Part shown: positions 53,131 to 64,000 of the stretch, piece by piece
How the letters are laid out: each line of letters opens with the position of its first letter
Numbering within the stretch: position 1 is the stretch's first letter
Origin: Tubulanus polymorphus
Lineage: Eukaryota; Animalia; Nemertea
NCBI RefSeq assembly: GCF_964204645.1
Contig: NC_134026.1
Span: 3,371,950-3,435,949, forward strand
Direction of reading: 5' to 3'
Length of the DNA: 64,000 bases
The notes under the pieces: model-generated
Seen by the model: the letters and a program-made list of their open reading frames with translations, nothing else
Told to the model about the DNA's origin: nothing
The model's database searches: none
Position numbers and translations under genes: made by a program

Positions 53131-53410
53131 TTATGGTTCAATAGAATATTGTATAAAAATTCACAGATTTTCGCTAATTATGTCACTTTAGTTTAATAAA
53201 TAATTGTTTTTTCTTAAATTTTCCATCCTCAAATTTGTACAAAGCGGTTTCTAGTCACTCTCCAAGTCTCTTATGGTTCAATAGAATATTGTATGAAAAT
53301 TCACAGATTTTTGCTAATTATGTCACTTTAGTTTAATAAATAATTGTTTTTTCTTAAATTTTCAATCCTCAAATTTGTACAAAGCGGTTTTTAGTCACTA
53401 TCCAAGTCTC
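53131..53410. repeat. 140-bp tandem duplication (2 copies)
   Basis: ttatggttcaatagaatattg...tccaagtctc starts at 53131 and again at 53271. Confidence 0.92.
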
Positions 53411-53637
53411 TTCATGTTTCACTTTTTTCAGATCAAAAAAAATCTATGAAATTCTGACTTTTTTAAAGTCAGAATTTCAATGAATCCCAGTGTCTCCATT
53501 GGATGTATAAGAGTCTAATTGCTACGATTGAATTAAGTACATTGAGTAAAAATCCCACAATGTATGAACGAATGTAAAAAGTTTATTGTTGCTACCACCC
53601 TTCTTCAATCTAAAATGACTTGCAAATAAATACGTAC

Positions 53638-54337
53638 CTGGAATGCAAACTACGTTAGCTTTGCCCACGTGAACATAAGTAACACTTTTCTCTGGATCAG
53701 ACACTTCCAAGGAATCCTGATGATCTTTGTCCCTATGTGCATCAGGTTGAGATAAGTTTAAATCGTGCATAGAATCCGCGTCATAGTTTTCAAAGGTATC
53801 GTCATCGCTCGAAGAAACACCAGATTCCTCTAGCACTACGACTGGGTCATATTCATCACCACTATCCCTGGCGAACACATCGGCAACATCGAAGTTTTCA
53901 GCATCAACATTATCTACCACTACTTCCAGGTCAGGAGATGCAACCAGTTCATTCTCAATATCATCAGAACCACAAAAACTGTCTTCGGATTCATCATTCC
54001 CATCGATGTCTTTCCTATCATCGTCGACTGCATCATCATCATCATCATCAAAATTAGAAGACGTTCGTAGGTCTGTGAACGTACTGGTCGTGCTTTCAAT
54101 CTCGAATCCAGAATCATCGCATTCCATTTCACAAAATTCATTTGGATCAAGTGCACTTAATATACTAGCACCTGCTGCGGTAGATTCTTCATCGAAGTCA
54201 TTTATTGTTTCAACATCATCTTCTGATTTATCATCTAAACTGCCATCACTACATACATATCTTTCCTCATTCTTGATTAAAGATTCTTCTTCGTCCTCTT
54301 TTGAATGAACTTGCTCGTCATTTTTGTCAGTCATCAT
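53638..54337 (-). CDS. Most 5' coding exon, highly acidic (MMTDKNDEQVHSKEDEEES...ANVVCIP)
   Basis: ORF 53522..54337; in-frame TGA just upstream of the ATG; acceptor 11 nt upstream (54350-54349) and a possible UTR donor at 54654; donor CAG|GTACGT, phase 1, joins 48591. The chain through to 15341 gives about 1645 aa. Confidence 0.85.
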
Positions 54338-56842
54338 GAATCAATCATCTGTTAACTTTAATTTAATGTCACATTCACAACACGAACCGTTTCAGAAAGC
54401 ACAACAACATAAATATTGTATATTTGAGTCAAACCTGTCTTAAATTTCTAGTAAAATATCGTCAAAAACCACTACACATTTCTCATATACAACTCCTTCC
54501 ACCAATTACATCCTTAAATCCTTCTGTTATTACAACACTGTTATATTCAACAAATCATTTTTACAGTATTCCAATTCACTTGAACGTGATGGAGAATCTG
54601 CAGTTATTGATAGATACCCTTCGTCGACGGTTCTCAAACAGTCATAATATTTACCTCGCTGATAGAATAGAATAACTCTGCCGTCTTTAGAGTAGGTATA
54701 AGGTGGGTCATAGGGGTTCAGTAAAAACCTGTTTCCATCGCGATAAATGTTAAATACATCCGTTCAATGGCAACCATTGTGGATAACATAATAGAAACCG
54801 TTTTTCGAGCGACCGTCATCCAAACAAGTTTGTTCAAGTTTTGAATGAGCATTTTTTCTTAAATTCAGTTTTACAAAATATGATGCACACAATCCAGTTC
54901 TCACTTTCATTTCAGATCTAAAGATAAGCAATGTATGTAATAAACCCCCTGGTGAAAAATCCTCCAGGCAAAATATATCCCCTTAGGCAAATATTCCCCA
55001 TGCTAAAAATCCCCCTGAGGTTTTTTAGATCACACAAATTTATAACCCTTGTCGTGAACTGTTGATTAAATTAAACCTCAGTGATTATATTCGTCTATAA
55101 TAATCTAATCAAGAATAAGAAGCATGACCATGATCGAAAAAGCATAACTAAGGTGGCATTTAATGAAGCCCCAGGTGATTGTGTCTTGTGTAGTGAGGTC
55201 TATTTCAAACCTGCAAAGTTACATTGTTAGATAGTGTCAAGAGAAATGAACAAAGTAGTGTTAACAATATACCGATAGGCTTAGTTGCCAGTTTTCAGTA
55301 GACCCTAAACATTAAACTCCAGTTTCATGAACAAGCTAGAATAATTATAGCTTCTTATGTTATCAACAAGGCGAAGAACTGGTCTAATACAATAAATGGT
55401 GAATTTTTAGTCATTTTAATGATCACTTTTATAAAATTTGTGTATTTTGGTAAATTAGTTAAGAACAGGGAGAGTCCTCAGCAGCTTTTCATGTCCCAGA
55501 CAAAGATTTATCAAAAATTTGTTTCTCTTTCATGTTTTTGTGTGACATAAATTTTTTGCAATAAATTGTCCTCGGCCATCTTGCCATGTCTTGGTCACTA
55601 CTGCTGAAGTTAAATATTAGGTCTTTACCATAAACCAAACATTAATCTTTTTAAGGAAATGTGCAATAAAATAAAATAATCTATAATGATCAATGCCTTT
55701 GCTTCTCATGAAGAATGACCACACCACGGTTGCTGGCTCCCTGACTTGAGTTAAAAGATGAAAGGCCCCAGGACCACCGGTACCGGATTATTACATTTTC
55801 CAAGCACAAAACCTCATCAATTAAACATTACCTACCTCAATCCCTCCTTACTAATACATCAACCAGTTGACCCGAATGAGTTAGCCTTGCTGACGTCATT
55901 CTTATGTACATTCCGGTCATGATGATGATTATGATGATGATGATGATACTACAGGCTACGAGGAATCAAGATTTGGAGCGATTCTGTGCGGAAGATTTCC
56001 ATTTTTGTATCAGTATATACAGACAGATGCCATGCTTTTTTTATTAGCAGGGGCATCGTTGCTTCAGTCAGAATGAAACAAGGCAGAAGGGCGAGAAGCT
56101 AATTATTAGGGAAAGCGCCGGTTTGACGAATGATGCTTGTTGCTCCGGGTTCGGTTGAAAGTGTTTTTCTTTAGCATCTTCAGCACCGTTTTCGAGAATC
56201 TCAGTACAGCTAACCACCTGGCAAATACAAACTGGGTTGACTCCGATAATTTCAAAATTGAGCATCCCGTTCTTCGCGGTACAGCGCTCCTTGAAAACGC
56301 TATATTCACGGTTCGGCCGCCTGAAGCGTTGAGTTGAGAGAAGGCTCGGAATCTGGTAGTATATCTTGGTTTTGGTTAGAGTAAGGTGTCGTGTCGTGTC
56401 TAAGTAAAGTCTAGGGTAGTGTCCTTGGCGAACGGAACGGGTCGGGCCGAGGATCCACGCCAGATCTGCCGTCGTTCATGATCGTCAGTGTTAATGCCTT
56501 GTGTTTATCGTTTATTTTCAATAAAAAGATATTGCGTCCGCTCGCGGTGAAGTTCCTCGACACGCGTGTGGACGCGATCACCACTTTGACGGTGTGCTGA
56601 TTAAATCCTTTCCTGGACTAAATATATCTGGAAGTCCTAAGAATAGATTGCACTAATAGTAATACAAACCACGATAGGTAAAACGAAAAAATGAAAGGGA
56701 TGTTTATGCTACAAAGCCTAAGTATCGAGATGTTGATCTCGAAAGTTCATCCTTCAAGACTGGAAGCCTTCTAGGCATATTTCATATCACAGTGAACAAA
56801 ATTCCCAAATATATCGTAACAACTATTAGTATATACATGATG

Positions 56843-56921
56843 CAGGATCTGATTCGAAACGTTGATATGTTATATTACGATACTATCGCAATAACATTTC
56901 CGATGTTTCGAATCGGTCCTG
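56843..56921. repeat. Short foldback element
   Basis: caggatctgattcgaaac ... gtttcgaatcggtcctg. Confidence 0.55.
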
Positions 56922-58224
56922 TGTGACCCTGCGGCCGAAGCTTTCCACTCATTCCTTGTTTCTACTTTTCTCAAGTTTCAGCTTAAAACGGTTAAGTTTG
57001 AATTGTTATTCTCTTTGAAAACATGAAGCAACTCAAATATAGCGATTAATTAAACCAAAATTTGAACTGGGAATCAGTGGGTTCGGTTTTGCCGACCGCC
57101 ACCGCGAGCGTCCCATGACGCTGTATATTTCGGAGCCACCCGCTATTGAACTGAGGTACCCAGCGTCTAAACGTCATTTACGATCGAAAACCAGCCACGA
57201 CGTGGCGTTACTGGTACCGTAGCAATTACATGGCCCCAATTACATACTTTTTGAGGGCGCATTTGGTTGCTTCCTGTCGTCATATAATTCAAACGACAGC
57301 GAAATAGGGAACATAGTTTGTGATCTAGTAAATTCTTTAATTTCGGAACGGGATTGTATTTTGAAATCCTTGTAGACTCTCGGGTCTATCAATTCGATTG
57401 TATCATTCGGCTGTTTCTTGCTCTGTTCGGTTTTTTGTTGTTTGTTTGTCTGTTTGGATTGTATGATGTAAATGACTGTATCGTATACTGTATATGCTGC
57501 GGTTAACCTCTCATCCTCGCCTGACCGTCTCTCCCGCCGAAGCTCATCCATTGATTCGGCTAGGTCGTCGGACACTGGCAAGCGAGGATGAGGCAATTGT
57601 ATTGTATGTATACACTACCGGTCTCTTCTTGTGCTCGTTTTTTTGTTTGTTTGTTTTTTGTATTACACTTTCTATATTTTTGTACTGTGTATTGCTTTAT
57701 TGTACTTCTGCTACCGATGATGTTATGTAACATTAAGGATCAATAAAGTTATTGAATTGAATTGGTCACTATTGGGAAGTGAGCCTGTCATTCCAGCCTC
57801 GTATTCAGATATAGTGTGTACATACTGAACAGCTGCATGTAGATACTGGGTGACGTGAAATGTATAACCTAACGCTTTGACCGGACGAAACGACGATCAT
57901 TCAATGAAGTCACCGGGGCAGTAGAGTGCTCAATAATTGTTTTATATAATTCATTATTGTTTAATTAAAATATGAATGATTTTCGTAAATTTCATAGATT
58001 CTCATCGAAATGTATCTTACATCAATAATGCCAGTTATTTCCAGTACGATTGCGTGACAGAGTGCGTTATGTGAATTTTAAAATTAGAAATATGTCTAGA
58101 AGTAAAACATAAGGCTACCTGAAAATTAATTATCCGAACGGGGAGACACCATATTGTTCAATTTGGTATTATTAATTAATAGTTAGGCCTACGCGATGTC
58201 ATGGCGCGCAAAATCTAATGAAAG

Positions 58225-58553
58225 ATCAAATTTCACTAAAACTAAAGCCTGAAAATTCTTGAAAATGGAGCATTTGACGAAAATCTCTATTCTTCAAGTT
58301 AATTTTCAAAGCATACGTCTTGATTTGTTCATAAAAAATACGCGTATTTGAACGCACGATTGCATCATGGCTCAACATTTAAAAATTAGAATTAAAAATC
58401 AAATTTCTCTAAAACTAAAACCTGAGGCTTTCTGAAAATTGAGTATATTATTTAGGAGACTCTATTCTTTAGGTTGATGTAAAGCAGATGTCTGTGCATT
58501 GATTTGATCATAGTTAAAATACGCATTATTTCAATACACGATTGCATCATGGC
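58225..58553. repeat. Two diverged tandem units of about 170-180 bp
   Basis: tcaaatttc.ctaaaactaaa.cctga ... cacgattgcatcatggc occurs twice. Confidence 0.7.
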
Positions 58554-59756
58554 ACGATTTTTAGGCCACTTGGGGAACACAAAGTTTTGTCCCAAGTAGG
58601 CTACCGGTGTATTGATTTCACTTTTCGTCAAGAACGAATGATGTTATTGACACGATCTTGATATTTGGTTTATGGCATTGATTATGACTACTACGCAAGT
58701 GTATTGGCATTCCTAAAGTTGGATGAGGTGTTGATAATTTAATGAGATACCCGCACGATTGATTGGGGGGAAAACTTAGGTCATTTCTCAACATTTGTTA
58801 TTCATAATTTACAATTTGTCATGGTACTGGTTTTGGGAATTATTTGAGACAGATTGGGAAAAAATTTAGATAATTATGATTGAGAAAATTGACGTCTCAC
58901 GTAGGCCTACGGCCTACGTAGCGGGATGGCTGTGAACCAATATATGGCCTCATAGCTCGGCTGGGTCATATTTGTAAAATAAAATTTGTAAACAGTTCAT
59001 TTCTATTGCGACCGGGTCTGTAATCGTAAAATTGATCACGATTTTAAAAAAAGTATAATACTATAATTGATTAGTGTGATTCGAGTTAAAGAGCCGAGAG
59101 CTGAGTCAACTGTAGATCACAGAAAAATAACAAAAACAATTTGTAGTGAACAACTAAACCACGAATAGGTTTTAGTTGTTGTGATTAATAGTTCAATATG
59201 TATTTACATGTAAACAAAGGTCAACCAATTATCAAACACCAATCACAAAGCCCTTTAAATCAATTAAGCACCACAAAATCAATATAATTCATCAATGTAA
59301 CAAATAAAAGACAAGATAAACTGGTAACGTAAGTACTTTCCACCTCGTTTTACTATTCTACACCAAGTTGAGAATACAGCTCCTCTACGAATCGATCATG
59401 TCATTTCATAGAAATAAATATGGTATTTACAAAAACAAACGAGTTAAAATGCATTGTAATTAACCAACACCGACAGAAGTCAACACGAAGAAATCAAGGG
59501 TCAGTCATCATGTCATATCGTTATTCAAACACACTACGGAACTGACTACTGCATTTCAGTTCGACCTCAAAACAATCTCAACAATTCTTTAGAAGCGATC
59601 AAAGATATTCTAACTTGTTTTATTTAAATCAAAATAAATAAATCAATAAATCAAAAATCTCAATAAATAAATAAATCAAAAATCTCAAATTGAACACATA
59701 TGTTCATACACATGGTCAGTTCCACAAACAAGAATTCTCAAAGTCTTAACACGCAG

Positions 59757-60158
59757 AAGAGTTGTCCAAGTTCCAGCAATGCATTAAGAGTTCTCCAAGT
59801 TCGAGCAACGCATTAGAGTAATCCAAGTTTCAGTAACGCATTAGAGTTCACCAAGTTCCAGCAACGCATTAGAGTTCTCGAAGTTCCAGCAATGCATTAG
59901 AGTTCTCCAAGTTCTAGCAACGCATTAGAGTTCTCCCAAGTTTCAGCAACGCATTAGAGTTCTCGAAGTTCCAGCAACGCGTTAGATTTCAACAAGTTCC
60001 AGCAACGCATTAGAGTTCTGGAAGTTCCAGCAGCAAGGCATTAGAGATCTCCCATGTTTCAGCAACGCATCTCGAAGTTCCAGCAACGTGTTAGAGTTCT
60101 CTTAGTTCAAGGAATGCATTAGAGTTCTCTAAGTTCCAGAAACTCATTAGAGTTCTCA
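59757..60158. repeat. About 28-bp minisatellite, roughly 14 diverged copies
   Basis: Unit agagttctccaagttccagcaacgcatt. Confidence 0.92.
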
Positions 60159-60214
60159 AATGATTAACAGGCGCCATCTTATTATTAAATTAGATGTATC
60201 ACACATTTTTTCAC

Positions 60215-61640
60215 CTAGAAGACAAATTAAACAAACATTAAAGGATATTTTAAACAATCAATAAAACATTTAAAGTCGTTTTTCTATTACAATATACCTG
60301 ATTTATAGTCTGTTCAGATTCATGACTCATCCATTCTTTCATCCTTTCAACATTGGAAGAATATTCATGTAAATCCCTGCAGGTATTTTTCCATCTTGTA
60401 GTAACATAACATCTTTAGATATTTCCTACTTACAACACGTAAATTCAAAATATGAATAATTTTTGAATAATGTCAGGTTTGAAAATTGATTCATGTAATT
60501 TCAAAATTATACCTGATTTAAAGTCAGTTCAGACTAATGACTCGACCTTCCTTTGCAACTGTTCACTTTGTGACACTACTTTGTTGTTGACTAAGGCAGA
60601 TAACTCAGTACTACTGATCTCAGCGGTGACATTCATCTAACTGATCTGATGCCTGGGTGATTGTCTCATCTATAGTGACTCAGTTCTGTGGACCTCTCAA
60701 TATTTACTACAAGAAAACACAAAATATGAATACCGGCAATTTTCAATTTTTGAGATTTTTATATAATTTCAATATTATACCTGATTCATTGTCAGTTCAG
60801 ACAAATGACTCGACGTTCCGCTGGAACTGTTAACGTGTGACTCTTAATTGTTACTTCGTTCCTGACTTAGAGGCAGATACAGCACAGCACCACTGATCTC
60901 ATCTCACTTGTGATCGGCTCTTATCTCACTGGAGACGCCCTGATCTTACCACTTGGATAAACATAGTTCTGTACTGATCTCACTGGTGATATTCTCATCT
61001 CTGGTGACAACTCAGTTCTGTGGTAAACCTCTCAATATTAGCTAAAAGAAAACAAAATATGAATAAATTTAGATTTTGACACTTTGATCTATTGTCAGTT
61101 CAATGACTGATCCTTCCTCTGGTATTGTATGTCTAATGATTTGCTACAAGAATACATGTAACAGACCATCATAACGTTTGAGACTTTCCCAACAACAAGA
61201 AATCCATGTCTATCTAACTTAATATACCTCATTTATAGTCAGTTCAGACTAATGACTCGACATTCCTCTGGAACTATTAACCTTCCTTGCGACTCTGTAT
61301 CTCTGTTGCTGACTAGAGTCCATGCTTTGACGGAGATGAATCAGTACTACTGATCTCAGTGGTGACATTAATCTAACTGATTCCTGGTAATTGTCTCATC
61401 TCTGGTGAGACTCAGTTCTGTGGTAAACCTCTCAATATTGCTACAAGATAACACAAAATATGAATAATTTTCAATTTTGAGACTTTGAAAATTGATTTAT
61501 ACAATTTCAATATCATACCTGATTTAAAGTCAGTTCAGACAAATGACTCGACGTTCCTCTGGAACTGTTAACTTTCCCTGTGACTCTCTTTGTTTCTGAC
61601 TTTGAGTGAGATAACTCAGTACATCGGATCTAGCTGATCT
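60215..61640 (-). ncRNA. Candidate spliced non-coding transcript made of tandemly duplicated exon+intron units
   Basis: Five homologous donors (...AG|GTAT) at 60297, 60512, 60780, 61227 and 61518 with pyrimidine-rich acceptors; three introns of 74-83 nt; the unit I translated has stops in all frames. Confidence 0.45.
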
Positions 61641-61999
61641 GAAGCTCTAATCTTTCTATAACCACTGCGACTTAATCTTCAGTACATTATTTCAGACATA
61701 GATATTTTAACATTTCATTTTTACCATTTTACAATTAATCATTAACCTTTTATGTTTTTGTTTACAAAATGAGTATTTAAGATTGTTTGTAGAATTAATG
61801 CTTTTCAATGACAAACACTGAAACATTATCACAAATTATATCCACACACAAACAAAGATAGCACTCTACATGCCGATCATGCGCATGGACCCGCGGGTGT
61901 GCATGTGTATCCCCTGAAATATACATAAACACAATTTGTGTGTCTTTATGTATTTAGTGCCATTTCATGCAAGTGCATTAGTGCATGGATGCATCAGTG

Positions 62000-62072
62000 C
62001 AAAGTGAGAAGTCAGGTACAAAGTGAGACGTCAGGTACAAAGTGAGACGTCAGGTGCAAAGTGAGACGTCAA
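62000..62072. repeat. 19-bp tandem repeat, about 4 copies
   Basis: Unit caaagtgagacgtcaggta. Confidence 0.85.
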
Positions 62073-62442
62073 TTGTTTTCACCGGTGTTTATGATGATCG
62101 ATCTTCATTTAATAGGCTATAAAGGACAAGAATTGGCTCCAATGTTTTGAAGTTTTATTAACTCAGGTTTAGAGTTTATCAGCATTGATAAAACACTCTG
62201 ACCCAGTTTAGCTGATTCCTATCTAACAAATCTACTGAACAAGTAATGACTAATTCAAGTTTTAATCATCACACTTAATTAGAACAGAATGTAGAAATCA
62301 ACATGCAACAGTATTTCCCATCTGTTTCTTCATTGACATGTAAAGTTTATAACATCATTCTTTTAAACCTATTATTCTTTTATACCTTTTATTCCTTTTA
62401 CATAAAGTCGCTACAAGGGAGATCAGGCAGCAAAACTCACCA

Positions 62443-64000
62443 AAACTCAATATATCACCCCAAAACAGAGTGTATCAATTAACACCCAGCAGCAAGCAGC
62501 AGTATTAAAGGAGCCCAACAGTGTTGTAACACACTGACAATTCAGTTTGTTTGTCATATTTCTACATGACTGTTGAAGAAGGAAGGTGGAGACTCCCGAA
62601 CTCACTATCACCCCAAAACAGAGTGTATTAATCAACACCCAGCCTCAAGCAGCAGTATTTAAGGAGGTCATCAGTGATGTAACACACTGACAATTCAGTT
62701 TGTTTGTCACGTTTCTACATGACAGTCGAAGAAGGAAGGAGGAGACTCCCGATCTCAATATCACCACAAAACAGAGCCAGCAGCAAGCAGCAGTATTAAA
62801 GGAGGTCATCAGTGATGTAACACACTGACAATTCAGTTTGTTTGTCACGTTTCTACATGACAGTTGAAGCAGGAAGGAGAAGACTCCTGATCTCAATATC
62901 ACCCCAAAACAGAGTGTATTAATCAACACCCAGCCTCAAGCAGCAGTATTCAAGGAGGTCATCAGTGATGTAACACACTGACAATTCAGTTTGTTTGTCA
63001 CGTTTCTACATGACAGTTGAAGAAGGGAGGAAAATGCATCGATATCACCCCAGAGCATATCAATTAACACCCAGCCTCAAGCAGCAGTATTAAAGGAGGT
63101 CATCAGTGATGTAACACACTGACAATTCAGTTTGTTTGTCACGTTTCTACATGACAGTCGAAGAAGGAAGGAGGAGACTCCCGATCTCAATATCACCACA
63201 AAACAGAGCCAGCAGCAAGCAGCAGTATTAAAGGAGGTCATCAGTGATGTAACACACTGACAATTCAGTTTGTTTGTCACGTTTCTACATGACAGTTGAA
63301 GCAGGAAGGAGAAGACTCCTGATCTCAATATCACCCCAAAACAGAGCCAGCAGCAAGCAGCAGTATTAAAGGAGGTCATCAATGATGTAACACACTGACA
63401 ATTAAGTTTGTTTGTCACGTTTCTACATGACAGTTGAAGAAGGAAGGAGGAGACTCCTGATCTCAATATCACCCCAAAACACAGCCAGCAGCAAGCAGCA
63501 GTATTAAAGGAGGTCATCAATGTTGTAACACACTGACAATTCAGTTTGTTTGTCACGTTTCTACATGACAGTTGAAGCAGGAAGGAGAAGACTCCTGATC
63601 TCAATATCACCCCAAAACAGAGCCAGCAGCAAGCAGCAGTATTTAAGGAGGTCATCAGTGATGTAACACACTGACCATACAGTTTGTCACGTTTCTATAT
63701 GATAGTTGAAGCAGGAAGGAGGAGATTCCTGATCTCAATATCACCCCAAAACAGAGCCAGCAGCAAGCAGCAGTATTTAAGGAGGATGATTCATGTTGTT
63801 ATAATGTTTAATGTAATAATTTTTATTTATATTTTAGATATCACCCTAAAACAATGTGTATCAATTAGCACCACCAGCAAACAGCAGTATCAAAGGAGGT
63901 CATCAGTGATGTAACACACTGACAATTCAGTTTGTTTGTCACGTTTCTACATGACAGTTGAAGCAGGAAGGAGGAGGCTCCTGATCTCAATATCACTCCA
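62443..64000. repeat. 138/153-bp tandem repeat array running off the window end
   Basis: gtaacacactgac recurs at 62526, 62679, 62817, 62970, 63111, 63249, 63387, 63525, 63663 and 63911. Confidence 0.95.

Noticed and set aside
59757-60158. 28-bp repeats as a CRISPR-like array
   Set aside because: Units are contiguous with no spacers.

Overview
Eukaryotic (animal, probably invertebrate) AT-rich genomic DNA; I found no prokaryotic genes, rRNA, tRNA or CRISPR array. About 53 kb (1.3-54.3 kb) holds a minus-strand spliced locus that the ORF track shows only in fragments. Manual GT/AG and phase tracing gives three parts. First, a 13-exon acidic N-terminal chain (54337 to 29456) in which four consecutive phase-1 exons each carry an SDL[DE]SVRTE[DE]F-type peptide repeat. 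Second, a 2.3-kb terminal exon (17660-15341) with a motif resembling the KRAP/ITPRID IP3-receptor-binding core. Third, a unit starting at 13055 that splices into seven exons, six of them coiled-coil (8366 to 1301, possibly continuing off the window). The acceptors at 17660 and 8366 are both phase 2, so this may be one complex gene or two tandem genes. Eight further candidate ATG-bearing first exons, each ending in the phase the next acceptor needs, suggest a multi-promoter architecture. Introns carry MITEs and micro/minisatellites. The last 6 kb is repeat-rich, with tandem non-coding exon/intron-like units and a 138/153-bp satellite. All gene models are hand-built and lack transcript evidence.
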